64,000 nucleotides of DNA from Octopus vulgaris (taxonomy: Eukaryota). Made by a program: the position numbers and the translations under genes. The stretch is from positions 118,358,001 to 118,422,000 of the forward strand of contig OX597816.1 in the NCBI GenBank assembly GCA_951406725.2. Direction: 5' to 3'. How positions within the stretch are numbered: position 1 is the first letter of the stretch; every line of letters begins with the position of its first letter. Below the pieces are notes generated by a model. The model was not told the origin of the DNA. It made no database searches and was given only the letters and a program-made list of their open reading frames with translations. Shown one piece after another: positions 26,142-40,200 of the stretch.

Positions 26142-27458
26142 ATTTCTCTACTCCCACTAAACATTAATTTGAGTCTCTCCTTCATATAAAACCATATGTT
26201 CTATGTATTCTCGTTAAATACATACTAATTCTCTAATCTTCATATTAACTACATTAATCTAATAACTGTTCTGTTGGGGTTTTTTGTTTGTTTGTTTTTT
26301 TCGGTTTTTTGTTATTGCTGTTAATAATATCTTTCTTCAAACAGACTCGATCAGTCTATGATCAAGTAAAAGTATGATACATCTTGTCCAAAAATACAAA
26401 ATGACAACAGTGGTACATTTGATTTTTCTTTCTCCTCTCTCTCACACACATAAAACCCCCCAATACTTAACCATCTTAAACAGGAAAAAATATTGTCTTT
26501 CATCACAGAATAGTTCCTAAATTTGGTTTTTATTCAAATTTTACTCTATCGGTTTACCCCACCAACACATTTTCTTGACTGATGTTATTCATCTAATGAA
26601 TATATATGTGTGCGTGTGATGTTTTAAATTCATTGCTGAGTGTCTTATCTCCATTTCACATTTTATGGAATCAACGTAACTGCATAACTTCTTGTGGAAC
26701 ATGAAAATATCTACAAACTACCAAGTTAACAAAACAAACGAAACATTCAATCAACAGGAAAAACTGAAGCTCAATGAAGGACAAATTTTCAAAATGTAAA
26801 TGGACATGCCCCAGCTGTTTCAGATTTATTTCTCACCATGAAAATATCTTAAGATAAACAACTTCAAGCAGAACATTTACATATCCTCCTTCTTCCAAAT
26901 TTGATGCTATATTAATATTTTCTCAACTCATCAGTAATACAGGTAGCCACATAGCTCCTCTACAGCAAGAGACCACTTCTGCTCTGTCCCTTTCTTTCAT
27001 ACTTTAACCCTTTATCTCCTAGTATTAGGTCAACCACTCTCTATTCTAGTCTCACTCAGTCGATGGGAATCTTAGTCTTGCAAGCTTCATGGCGACTTCA
27101 CTAGTGCTGGCACCATGAAAAATAGCAGCCATTCGCACTCTGAAAAGTGATCAATATTAAGGAGTACATCAAGTCACAGAAACCATGTCAAAGCAAACTT
27201 GGAGCATGATGCAATCTTCAGACCCTGTCAAATTGTGTAACCCATGCCAGCCAGCATGGGAGATGAACTTTAAAACAAAAACAAACAAAAAAAAAAAAAT
27301 GGTTGATGACTAATATTTTCAAAACTGCTTTAGTTCTTGCAGTAGTTCAGTAAAGTTGTGTGAGTCTAATTAGAAATTATATTTGTTACCAAATATCAAT
27401 GCCAGGCATCACTCACTCACTGAGATTTATTTTATCACTAATACATAGTCGTAATATA

Positions 27459-27832
27459 GGCGTAGGAGTGGCTGTGTGGTAAGTAGCTTGCTTACGAACC
27501 ACGTGGTTCCGGGTTCAGTCCCACTGCATGGCAGCTTGGGCAAGTGTCTTCTACTATAGCCTCGGCCGACCAAAGCCTTATGAATGGATTTCGTAGACGG
27601 AAACTGAAAGAAGCCCATTGTATGTGTGTGTGTCTGTGTTTGTCCCCCCAACATCACTTGACAACCGATGCTGGTGTATTTACGGCCCCATAACTTAGCA
27701 GTTCAGCAAAAGAGACCAATAGAATAAGTAATAGGCTTACAAAGAATAAGTCCTGGGGTTGATTTGCTCGACTAAAAGGCGGTGCTCCAGCATGGCCACA
27801 GTCAAATGACTGAAACAAGTAAAATAGTAAAA
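27459..27832 (+). mobile_element. Young bipartite tRNA/CORE-like SINE (family A) with internal microsatellite
   Basis: A-box TGGCTGTGTGGTAAG, B-box GGTTCAGTCCC, CORE-like CTTGGGCAAGTG, (TG)n, then a 3' half ending gtcaaatgactgaaacaagtaaaa. Other copies at about 3805-4180, 8395-8730(-), 30220-30600, 30985-31610, 41290-41745, 46706-47065, 57475-57845 and 63795-63955(-). Confidence 0.9.
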
Positions 27833-27868
27833 CACATACTTATAACAAATGTTTCTATTGCCATTGCT

Positions 27869-28030
27869 TTAACCCTTTAGCATTTAAACTAGCCATATCC
27901 AGCCTCAAATATTCTACCTACTTTTTGTTTAAACCAGCAAGATCTGGCCTCTCAAATGTATCCTACAATGTCATTTTAAAGATAAACACTCACATCATTG
28001 AAATCTCAAATAAACATTACAAAGGGTTAA
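27869..28030. mobile_element. TTAA-flanked MITE, internally deleted
   Basis: TTAACCCTTTAGCATT...AAAGGGTTAA with the same internal sequence as 52118-52345. Confidence 0.75.
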
Positions 28031-28623
28031 GTCTCATGTCAAAACATCATAAATGTTATTCTTGGCAAGCAATTTGATTTATTCATTTTTTTTCTCTCTA
28101 AAATATTTTTTCCTCTTACATTAATTAAGTACTCCCAAATATTGAATGCATTTTATTCTCAATTAGAATTCTTATATGTCTTAGATATAAGTGACACGGA
28201 TGTAAGCAAATCAATACAGGTTATCAAGCACTGGTGGGACACATACATACAATTGCCTTCTTTCAGTTTCTGCCTATCAAATCCACTCATGAGGCTTTGG
28301 TTGGTTCAAGGTTATAGTAGAAGACAGTTGCTCAAAGTGCCATGCAGTAGGACTGAACCAAGAACCATGTAGTTGGCAAGCTAATTTCTTACCACATGCC
28401 TGACTGGCCCTCATGCTTGTGGCACATAAAAGCACCCACTACACTCTCGGAGTGGTTGGCGTTAGGAAGGGCATCCAGCTGTAGAAACTCTGCCAGATCA
28501 GATTGGAGCCTGGTGCAGCCATCTGGTTCGCCAGTCCTCAGTCAAATCGTCCAACCCATGCCAGCATGGAAAGTGGACGTTAAACGATGATGATGATGAC
28601 CACCATATCTGTGCCTATATTAC

Positions 28624-28677
<54 letters not shown>

Positions 28678-31340
28678 ACGTGTACCTGTGTGTTTGATTA
28701 TATTTGCATTCTGTGAATGAGCTACAAATAATGAGAGAGGTGTTGCATTTCCCTTTAACATATCACCCACCGGCTTTTTGCCTTTCAATATGCAGGAGGC
28801 AAGAGATCCTTTCCTTGAAAAACAGGTAAGTGTAAACAACAAGGTATCAGGCTATGAAACAAATGCTTTGATAATATTTTTCAAACCTATGTTAGCATAG
28901 GAAAAGTGAAAGAGAGACATGGGGTGAGAGATTGGAGACTGCTTTTCTTTGAAAGCTGTTATATTAAAAATGTGAACATATTCGATTTCAAACTTTTACA
29001 TTAAAGGTTTTTCATAATTCATCATCATTTTTACTTGCACTTTACCATGCTTGCCAAAGAATGGACTACTAAGTAAATATGAAAAATCCTAATGAAAAAA
29101 CTCAAGTTGACATTACTTTTCCTTCAATACATACATACACATATATATTACAGTGACACATGTGTGTGTGTGTGTGTGTGTGTGTGTTACACATGCATAC
29201 ATATATTACACAAACACATACATATATTATGCATATATATTTATCACGCATGCGCACATACATATATATGTTACACGTGCATACATGTGTGTGTGTGTAT
29301 AGATATATGTGTATGTGAGTGTGTGTGAGTTATATACATACAGGTGATAAAAAGTAGAGTTATTTTTACGTTGAATGTCTCGTTATTCACAAAAAGAATC
29401 AGCTCTCTGTGTACAAAGAAGTAGACTTGGGTGGGGGGATCATGCTTCACCAACTACAATACAAGGAATTTAGATGTCGTAGAACACCGACTGTAGGAAC
29501 CGGCTCTACTTCCATCAGCAGCCATACAATGAGTGAGTGATATGTGCCTAGAACATTTACAGTTTATACATTCAATCAACTTCCTTTCAGACCACAAACT
29601 ATGAAGAGTCACTTACTATTAATGGTGAATTGAAGATGATATTACAAATTAGAAAATTATTCAAAGTTTTCAGCAACTTCATGCTCCCTCAGCAGCTTCG
29701 AATTGCAAGAAACCATGTAACATCATAACAATGGAATATTTTCCCTCAAGTAGGAAGCAAATAAATAAACATATCCTCCTTGAAAAACATATCTATACAT
29801 ACATGCATGCATGCATCTATGTATGTATGTATGTATGTATGTATATGACTAATCTATATTTAACTTTGAAGAATTGTGGAATTGAGTGCCAACATGAATA
29901 CAGCTTGCCAACAAGCAAATAAATATAACTTTTTCATCACTAGCTATATCAACAGTGCACATTTATATCTTCATTAAATGAAGGCTACTCTTATATCTGA
30001 AGAGATGGAGAAGCAAAAAGCATTTCAAAAATTTGCCGTCACTGAAGTCGCTAACACTGTGTATGGCTGAGAAGAGATATTGCTGCTAAGAGTATTTAAA
30101 CATGGAAAGCATTTCCTTCATTCTTATATTCTATGTAAGCAGACCTATTCATGCAATAAAAACTCACACAACACCAAAATTCCTGCACCAACAAAACACT
30201 TTAAAACATCAATAGGGTCAGGTGTGGCTGTTATGGTAAGAAACTTGCTTCCCAACCACATGGTCTGGGTTCATTTCCACTGTGTGGCACCTCAGGCAAG
30301 TGTCTTCTACTATAGCCTTGGATCGACCAAAGCCTTGTAAGCAGATTTGGTAGACAGAAACTGAAAGAAGCCCATTGTGTGTGTGTGTGTGTGTGTATGT
30401 GTGTGTGTGTGTGCGCATGTGTCTTTGTCCCCTACCACCACTTGACAACCAGTGTTGGTTTGTTTACATCCCCATAACTTAATGTTTGCCAAGAAGACAC
30501 CTGTAGAATAAGTGCTAGTGAGAGTGATTCATTTGACTAACAGTTCTTCAAGGTGGTGCCCCAGCATGGCCGCAGCCTAGATATTAATAAAAGACAGAAG
30601 ATAAATATTTTACATCTTACCAATGAGCACCAATTCCATCCTCCCCCACCAAATTCTAAAAACACAGTGTTATGTCAATATAATAAAACAATATGTGTTC
30701 CAAGGAGACAAATCAGGACTGAAGCTGATTTGAATACAGAATGATACCTACTTCAAGCCATTAATGCTCATACTTAAAAAATTAAAACTCATCATCACCA
30801 TCCATTGTTCCACCATCCACTTTCACATGCTCGTTTTCTACAGTTGAATGTCCTTCCTGTCACCAACTCTCACTTGTTTCCAAGCAAAGTAATACTTCCC
30901 CATGCCCAAACATGTTCTTGCAGAATGTTGGAAATGAATGATACTCATTTACAACAATCATACAATGTCAAGTAAAGGAGACGCAGGCATGGCTGTGTGG
31001 TAAGAAGCTTGCTTTCCAATTACATGGTTTCGGGTTCAGCCCCTCTGCATGGCAGCTTGCACAAGAGTCTTCTACTATAGCCTCATGTCAACCAAAGCCT
31101 TGTGAGTGGATTTGGTAGACAGAAACTGAAAGCCACACACACACACATGCATATATATAACATGGATAAATTAAGAGGAGGAGGCAAACGCAAGTGTTAT
31201 TCAAATCAAATGATTTGAATAACACCTGCGGTTGACTCCATTTCTTAATTTATCCATGTCATACAAAAACATTTCACTTAAACCTGGAATTTCTACCTTT
31301 ATAAGTAACCTGGCACTTACGTGAATTTTTGCTACTCTGG

Positions 31341-31389
<49 letters not shown>

Positions 31390-31959
31390 GTGTGCATGTC
31401 TGTGTTAACCCCCCCCCCCATTACTTGACAAATTATGGTTGTTTGTTAATGTCCCCGTAACTTAGCAGTTCAGGAAAAAAAAAGGACCAATAGAATAAGT
31501 ACTAGGCTTACAAAGAGTAAGTCCTAGGGCTGATTTCTTCGACTAAAACCACTAAAGTTGGTGCTCCATCATGACTACAGTCAAATAACTAAAACAAGTA
31601 AAAGAATATAAGACTTTACCCCCACCTCTCCCTCTTCTGCGCATACATACACACACACCCATGCTTTATATTGTGTGTACAGTTAGATGAATGACTGCCA
31701 TTGGTGAGCTTACACCATTATAATGATATGGTGACTACTGTACATAGGAATGTTACTGGTTATGATATACAGAGCAAATACAGGAGAAATTATGACAAAA
31801 AAATGCAAGTTTATATCATTTGTTCGTTATGTACAGAACAAACATTATAATCAATACATGATCCAAGTGCACTTTGAGCACCAAACACAGAGGTTGCAAA
31901 CGACAATGGCAGAATGGACATAGGGAACAATGATATAAACATTTATCATAATTTTATAT

Positions 31960-32462
31960 GCACTTGGATATATGCTGTGCTTTAAGAACTGGCAAGCCAG
32001 GTAAGACCGTAACTGTGGCTTTTGCCAGTGTTGTATAACTGGCCAATTTAAGAGTACCCTTCAATCATTGGGCAATAAACTATGCTTCAGAAAACCAATT
32101 GAGTCAAGTGAAATCATTGCCGTGGCCAATGCCAGCACCATCTGTCTGGTACCTGTGTCGATGGCACCTAAAACGCACCATTCGAGCGTGGTTGTTGCCA
32201 GTGCCACCTGACTGTCTCCCATGCCAGTGGCATGTAAAAAGCACAAATTGAGCATGGTTGATGCCAGTACTGCCTGACTGGCTCTTGTACTGGTGGTGCT
32301 TAAAAAGCACCCACTACACTCTAGTGCTTGGCATTAGGAAGGGTATTCAGCTTTAGAAACCTTGCCAGATCAAATTAGAGCCTGACACAGCCTTCTACTT
32401 TGCCAGTCATCAGTCAAACCATCCAACCCATGCAGGCATGGAAAGCAGACATAAAATGTTGA
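31960..32462 (+). mobile_element. LINE (RTE-like) 3' UTR family with internal ~60-bp repeats; most copies end in a (GAT)n tail
   Basis: Repeated tgccagt...gcctgactgg...tggcatgtaaaaagcac units, then ttggcattaggaagggtattcagct...ccaacccatgc. Relatives at about 1760-2390, 18900-19330(-), 19440-19657, 28396-28600, 48628-48990(-), 53030-53235 and 54760-55100(-). Confidence 0.65.
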
Positions 32463-34774
32463 TTGTGTGTGTACATACACACACACATATATATGTATGT
32501 ATATATAAATAATAATGATTCAGATAAAATCGGGTACTTGAAAAGATATGCATCAAGTAGGGTTGGATAAACCTGTAGTCTCCCAGATTACTGACCATAA
32601 ATATTATATTACAGCCTTTCACTAACTAACTTCTTAACCTAGCTCCACCCCTTAATGACAGCAATAGCCAATTTTGTTGATCCTTCTTCCATTTCACTGT
32701 AAGCCTTGACAGATTTCAGCCTTTTGGGATATTCTTTTGTTTTTGAAATTATCTGATGATTATGGTTTTTTTACACATCCACACACACATACCTGGATAC
32801 ACACACACTTGGATACATACATATTATATATGCATATATACAAACACATACACTTGGATACATATATATTATATACATATATATACACACATACACTTGG
32901 ACACATATTATATACACACATACATACACTAGGATATATATATATATATATATATATATTACACACATACATATGTAGATATGCATATATGGGATTGAAC
33001 ATGAAGCCATGTGGTTGAGAAGCAAACTTAACTACATGGCCACACCTGTGCTTATAATTAAAAAGACATACATATTTTCTAAATCAGCCAGTTCTTCTAT
33101 TCTAAAGAAGGACTCTATTTTGTCAAATCAAATGACACGGTATGTGCGCCAGCAGTTCCATGTATAATCTGTGTCCCCAAAAGAAACAAAATTGCAACTG
33201 AACAGGAACATACATGAAGAGAAATACCTATTATTACACACCAGACATGGAAGTGCCTTACGTTCATATTACTCTTCTATTTAAACTGTTCGCAATACCA
33301 AAAACGCAATACAGATCAAAAGACTATTGCAGATCAATCAACGTTATTGCAGAATTCCATTTGAAAGACTCATGGAATACAAAACGAGTAATTGACAAGA
33401 ATCATAAACTATTAAACAGTAACAAAAAAAACAAATGTTTTATTATTAGATGCTCTCTTTAAAACACCCTAGCATTCTGAACAGTGCCAGAATGATGGAA
33501 CTGGAAATTGCAGAGCAAATGTCCAATGTAAATACTTGCTTGGTTTTATCTATGAAGATTAATATTATTTTAGCAAATAAATTGTGAGTATATTGAGTAA
33601 ATACAGCAATAATAGCTGACGAAAAAGCTTTCCATGATAGTACCTCAATAATCAAAATGATATTCCACTTTGTTGATACGGAGATGTGTGTGTGTGTGTG
33701 CGCATATACATATACATGTGTGTGTGTGTATTCATATGCATACACAAATGTATATGTTTGTACATATGTATAAATACACACATACATAAGTATATACACA
33801 CAGGTACACACAAGCTGACACAGGCATACACAAACACACACGCATATACACATACACACACATTTTGCACACAAACATATATATGCTATCTCAAAGCACA
33901 CATGGAAATGCAACAAGTTTAACAAGATGAATGCAATCTTCACACTGAGATGAGAAGAGATACACCGAGCAAGCACACAAGCAAGAGAGACAGAAATCAA
34001 GTAAAACCAAGAAGGAGAGCACTGCAATATGCATAATATTGATTCAAAAGTTGTACGAAGAGCAGCATATAGCCTACAGCAAGAAAAGTACATCAGACCC
34101 TTAACCAAAAATCCTTAAGCATTTTAGAGAGCAAGAAAATCAATTGTATACAGCAAGGGTTACCAGTGTAACCCCAAAACGGATGTCTATACAGATCTTC
34201 TATCATAGCTATCATCCAAGTTATGAATATTTAGCAGCCAGAATAGAAATATCACGTTACATCGATTAGAGAACAAGAGATGTGGAAAGGAAGCAATTTA
34301 CAGTTGTTTTTGATGAAGAGCCAAGTAGAGGTTCCAAAAAATTGTTTCATGTATGAATAAGCTGGCTCAAAGCATTGAAGTGGCAAACACAAGGAAAGCT
34401 TAGAATACTTGAAAGTGTAGACCAAAAATCAAACTGCCAACCAAATGAAAATGTTAACTAAATAAGTGCTGAAAGCAAAAAAGTGAAACAGCAAACAAAA
34501 TTTTTTAAAGGCTTTTTGTGTGCATGCATATGCAGGTACACACACACAAATGTGTTAAAAGTGGGTATATAGACATAAATGTGTACTCAAGAAGTTTGTT
34601 TAACAAACAATTAGTCCTGATTTTGCTCCTCAGTTTGGGCAAATGTCTTCTTCCTTAACCTTCAGTTAATGCAAACCTGTGGATAGTATTACATTGGTGG
34701 AAACTGCAGAAGTTTGTCACAAGGACTGAAATTGTAATTCAAAGAGCTAGACTTGTAAATACTGTATTCTGCTC

Positions 34775-35072
34775 ACTGCCTGGTGATTAACAATACCATA
34801 GCTGGCTCCAAGCCTGGTTGAGAAAGGGAGAGGTTGTAGGTGTAGGGTTAGCATTACTGCACTACCAGTTTTCTACATATGAAACCAGTCCTGCAAGGGA
34901 TGTGTCCTCAAGAGACTACATATGAGGCAAAGTTGTGTAAGTCAAAATGAAGAAGTATTGGCAAGTAACTACACCTAGGTGCAACTCCAATCTATTGCCA
35001 AAGATCAAGATAATGGAGAACTCTTATTAGCACCCTATGCTCCACATAAAACCAAGGGAATTAAAAAGAAGA
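34775..35072 (+). mobile_element. Short non-autonomous RTE-like element: decayed twister-like motif plus RTE 3' end
   Basis: TAACAATACCATAGCTGGCTCCAAGCCTGG...AAAGGGAGAGG (34788-34833) resembles the P1-type twister pattern TAAC...GCCGGTCCCAAGCCCGG...GGAGGG. 34990-35065 translates, with stops, as WRTLISTLCST*NQGN, like an RTE ORF C-terminus. Confidence 0.5.
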
Positions 35073-37228
35073 CCTCATGATTATATTTTATAAAACAATT
35101 TATAAAATGAAGTAAACAATCATTAATTCATGTCTAATCTTGGAAATCAGTAAAGTCACTGCTAATGTAAAATATGAAAATGCAAATATAACCTAGATTT
35201 CAAGGGAGGTTTTTTTTTTTTTTTTTTTGAGAGTCAGTTCTTGGTTAATGTAGCATGGATGAAGCAACAGATAAAAAAAATTTTTCCCTGGCAGAGGGAG
35301 CCTGTCAACAAAAAGAAACATTCTCGGGTAACTGATCATTCTCATGATCAATTATGGACAACTAGATAAACTGAAGATGTGTAGAATAATGGGTTCTGTT
35401 GAGAAACACAAGACACAAATTTGAACTCATATCCTAGGAGCAAATACTTTATCTAATAGCTTATCTCTTTAGCTTTCTCACTTTTACATTGGTAAGAATG
35501 TACACTGATCAAACAAGAAAGGGAGCAGCTATGACCTCTCAGAATTCATGTGAATGATTACGACACCAGGTGGTGATGTTAAGCCAAATGACAGATTAAA
35601 GCTACCACCAGAGGTCCATCAAAAAAAGAGTGTCCACACATTTTGTATCTACCTAGTTTCATTCAAAGTTTGAAGTGACCTATCACTGTAGAAAAAGACA
35701 CTTGTCCAAGATAGCACTTATTGGGATCAAATCTAGAACCTTTTGATTGTGAAGTAAACTTTTTAACCATACAGAACTATTGCAATTGACTTCCAAAGAA
35801 ATATTATAAAAGTTCCAGATTACAAGTATATATTTGAATATATTTGTTGGTTTAAGTAGCTATAAGTCAAGAGAAAGGATCTTGCCACAAACTCTACAAT
35901 TTAAAATGTCACATATATATAAATGTTTGCATAAACATACACAAGCCCACATATACATTTCTTACAAAGATATATGTTGTATATTCTAACATACAAGTTG
36001 AATTTTTCAGATCAAAATTTACACCCAAGATAACTTACACACCAAGATAACTTTGGAGAACCAAAACTTCTATGGAAAATGCAGCAGGATTTGGGAAAAT
36101 AGTGATGATGCTTGAATGTTTGCCCTACACTGACTTGTATGTTGGGAAAATACAGTATGCCTGCAAGAACACAATCACAAGAATACAAACCTGCATACAT
36201 GCACGCACACACACAGTCTAAATCATTTAAGGATAAACTCACTCAGTGAAAATGTGTATAGTAAAGAAGTTAATAATGATAATTTACTCATATCAGCACA
36301 GAGCTATGAATTTATTGTGGTAGTGGATTGTCAAATAAATTGCTCCCCCAGATGAAGCCGACCCTAATAAGATTTTGAGCAAAAGAGAAAGGGAAGAAAA
36401 AACATAACTCAAATAGCTCAATTCATTTTGTTTGGGTTTCTAATGATTCTAACAGCTAACATGGTCACTGGCGTTGCTAGAAATAACAGTCAAATAGCCA
36501 TTAAATCACACCCTATCATCTTAAAAAAAAAGCCTATACATAAAAAAAAATGGGATGGTTATCTATGATCAAAGATGATTATATATTTGGTCATAGACTT
36601 GCACGATCAAAGTTGACCTGGACATAAACAGCACTAATTAAAAACACCCTTACAATCAGACGGGGGGGGGGGGCTCTCTAGTTGTTCAGTTTGTAAAAAC
36701 AAGTCAAATTTCACACACTGTCGCTTTAAGAAGTTACATAAAGTAGCCATAAACACTCCTAGAGAAATTAGATGGCCACAACAGGAATCCCATGGATCAT
36801 AGGTTTGTTTGATCACTGCAGACCTAGGACAAACAATTTTACAACAGTATCATCTTTCAACACCAATTTCTCTTAGCCTTCAACTGCACTACACCCTCTC
36901 AAAGAGATAGTCAGTCATCAACCAGAGTTTTTGCAGATTGCTACCTGTTTTATTGACTATGGGGAAAGTGAAAGTTAAAGAATACCCAAGCAGAAGTTCA
37001 ACCCAGAGTGTTTTTATATGTGTTACTTGTTTCGGTCATTGGACTGTAGCCATGCTGGGTGACCACTCTGAAAGATTTTAATTGAACAAATAGACACTGT
37101 ACTTCGTTTTTTTGTTTAAAGCTTGACACCTATCCTTTTGCTCTCTTTTGACAAACTGCAAAGTGACAAGAACATAAACAAACCAACACTGGTTGTCAAG
37201 CATTATGAGGTGGGGGGAAGCACAAGCC

Positions 37229-37259
<31 letters not shown>

Positions 37260-40200
37260 AACTTCGATGTAATCAAAAATTATTTTCGATCTTTCTGATG
37301 ACCAAGGATGGATATTGATGTGCGAGTCTTTTTTTTTTTTTTTTTTTTTTTTTTCCAAATGCATTTCTGGAGAACTGAATATACAAATTTTGCTTCTATT
37401 GTCTTACCTATTTTGTCCCATCTAAATTTGTTCTGTATATGCTCAAAGAGAATGGAGGTAATTTTCTGAAATAATGTTCTGAATGTTTTTAAAGCATTTA
37501 GAGAAGGTCATTTGCTTAGCTGATATAGTTTTGCAACATTTGTAAAAAAAATATTTCTTCCTCGAAGTCAAAAATGCCGTAATTATTGCTCATTTTGTCC
37601 CCACCCCATATTACTTCAGAATTAAAAATAGTTTTGCTGTGTGATGATCATGATATTGAGAAATTCGTGAATGAGAAAAGAAAAATTCAATAACAAAAAA
37701 AAAATATTGTTGTTTAATTCCAGCTCAAATTTTATCAAGCAGAGCTCTGAATCATGAAATACATATCACATTTCTGAAAACTATTCAAGTTTATCTCAAA
37801 GAGGAGTATGATTGTAAGTTGACAGTCATGCGTATTAACATGAACACGAAAGTGAGTAAAAATTGAAGAAAGAACAGAAGAAACTAACTAAACACGGCGC
37901 GCTGGATAATTCAAGGGAAGTAACTTTTGAAAGTTTATTGACTTAATTCCCTTGCATAAAGTTTTCATTTTCAACGCATTAGTCTAGATTGCTACAGCCT
38001 ATTTTAAACGCAGATGAGATGAACAAATACTAAACACAACCATTATGATTTTATAGTTCAAATTGCAGTAGAGTAAACTTGACCTTATGTTACAGAAATT
38101 GAACCAACTTTGATCCAGTTACGAAAAAAAAAAACATGGTATAAGAAAAAAATTGTTGATTTAGTCAAAATATGTTATTATCTAGAGTAAATGTTTCTAT
38201 TCAAAATAAATTCAGATTATGGCTAAAAAGAAATAAGGACAAAAGTCTCAAACTCCTAGATCCTGTGTTCAAATTAGAAAATGGTTACCAATTCAGAAAT
38301 TATAGTCACATTTGAACCACTAAACTTGAAAAGTAAAATATATATTCAAATTAAAATTTAGAAGTGATATATTAACATTTTAACTACAAAATTTAAAAAG
38401 TAAAATATTTAAATTAACAATATTCAAATTGGTGCTAAGTAATAGGGGAAAAAAAAAGTCTTTCAAATCCATAAGATAACTTAGAATGTATTTTGGTCTC
38501 TGCCAAAGTGGCTTCAAACATTTTATTTTAAATTCATGGTATCCAAAAAACAATGTATTTTGATTTTGTTTTAGTTCTAGCAGGAAGAAAATGATTTCAT
38601 TTTAGATTTCTTTTTCATACTTGTTTCACACCAAGCACAATGCAAAAGCGAAACATTTTTGCATTGCTATACAAAGAAATTAATAAATATATGTGCGTGC
38701 ACACGCGTATTATGCGCACACATCACTGTATTTACGGGAGTATTGTGTTGTTATACACTGCTGGTCACAATACACTTCCTTGAATTGTTTTAGCTTTCAA
38801 ATGATTCCACCCTACTGGCAAGGTGGGCAAGCTAACATTCTCCTTTCTACAGCCGTGTGATTTGGAGCAATGTGAACTGACGTGCTTTGCTCAAGAACAC
38901 AAAGCACTGCCAGCCTGGGAGTCAAAACCACAATCTTATGATCATGAGTGCAACACCTTAATCACTAAGGTAGGCATCTTCACTATGTGAGGCAAGGTGT
39001 GGGTGAACATTTATGCAGAAAAAAGAGAATCAACAACCAAGATCCACTTTTTATTTTTGTAATAGAATAAATGGAAGAAGCATTTTCCTTTTATTTGAAT
39101 ATTTGTATTGATATACACTGCCTTTGCTTCAATTAATTTTTTAAATTATGAAGAATTTAGTAAAATAACTGTCATAAAGCTGGTTTTTACAACATAAATT
39201 AATATGAAATTTTGATAAAAGATTTTAATTTAGATCTCTTCAAGTTTGTATCACAGGACCAAGTTTACAGTCTCAAGTAGATTGATATCAAAAGGGTTGA
39301 AGCTATCAAGAAAGTAACTAATCTTTTTGAATCCTGAAGGGAAAATATGCATATTTGAAAATATATGTCTATAAAAAGATAAAATATTTCACAAAAGATC
39401 TGGCTGCTTTTTTTAGCAGGTCAACATAGAACTACATTACTTTTAGGATGGTCATGTAATAATTATTGTTCTAAAGTATTGTAAATTTATCTAGGCATCA
39501 AAGAGATCATCATTCCAAATATTTAAAGTTTAATTTACAATGAAAATAGAGTTTTTATTTATGCATTAATAAAAAATTAAACTGTCTTGACACATCAATA
39601 AAATGATATTTATTTACAAGTTTAAGCAAGGCAGTATGTTGGCAGAATCAGTAGCATGCCACACAAAATAATTAGTTTTATTTCACCTGTTGATTTTTAC
39701 CGTTTATCTTTTTGGGGGTCGATAAAATAAGTACCAGTTGAACACTAGAGTCAGTGTTAACTTACCACTTCCCTCTAAATTGCTGGCCTTGTGCCAAAAT
39801 TTGAAATCAAATACAAGTTTAACCACTTCCATACACATCTACAGTACATTACAACACTACCATATAAGACCTCCTGAAGAATACTATCCCTCCCAATAAA
39901 TAAGCCCCTATGGACAGCTAGAAATAGCAGTCCAACTCTTCTCAAATCACACCTGACTGTTATTTTCTTAAAAGCAAAGACTTTGAATAATATAGTCTGA
40001 GCTAAACTGTTTGAAAAGGACATTATGGTCATGGTTGGAATGCCTTTGATCATAGGTCTGCCACATCAAAACAAGCTTGGAGTTAAACCCCAAACAATAA
40101 CGACACTATACCCCCACTCACTTCTAACAAACACAGAAGGTGCATGAATGACGAATTGGCTGGGTGTTTAGAGCAATTAAAATATTTTATGCAGTATTGC

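Noticed and set aside
26905-26940. Minus-strand GTATTACTGATGAGTTGAGAAA, sharing 15 nt with the 22829 hammerhead
   Set aside because: No stem II, no stem III and no correctly placed UH; likely chance.
33446-34108. 220-aa minus-strand ORF
   Set aside because: The central third is a TG/TA microsatellite; no recognisable domain or convincing splice boundaries.
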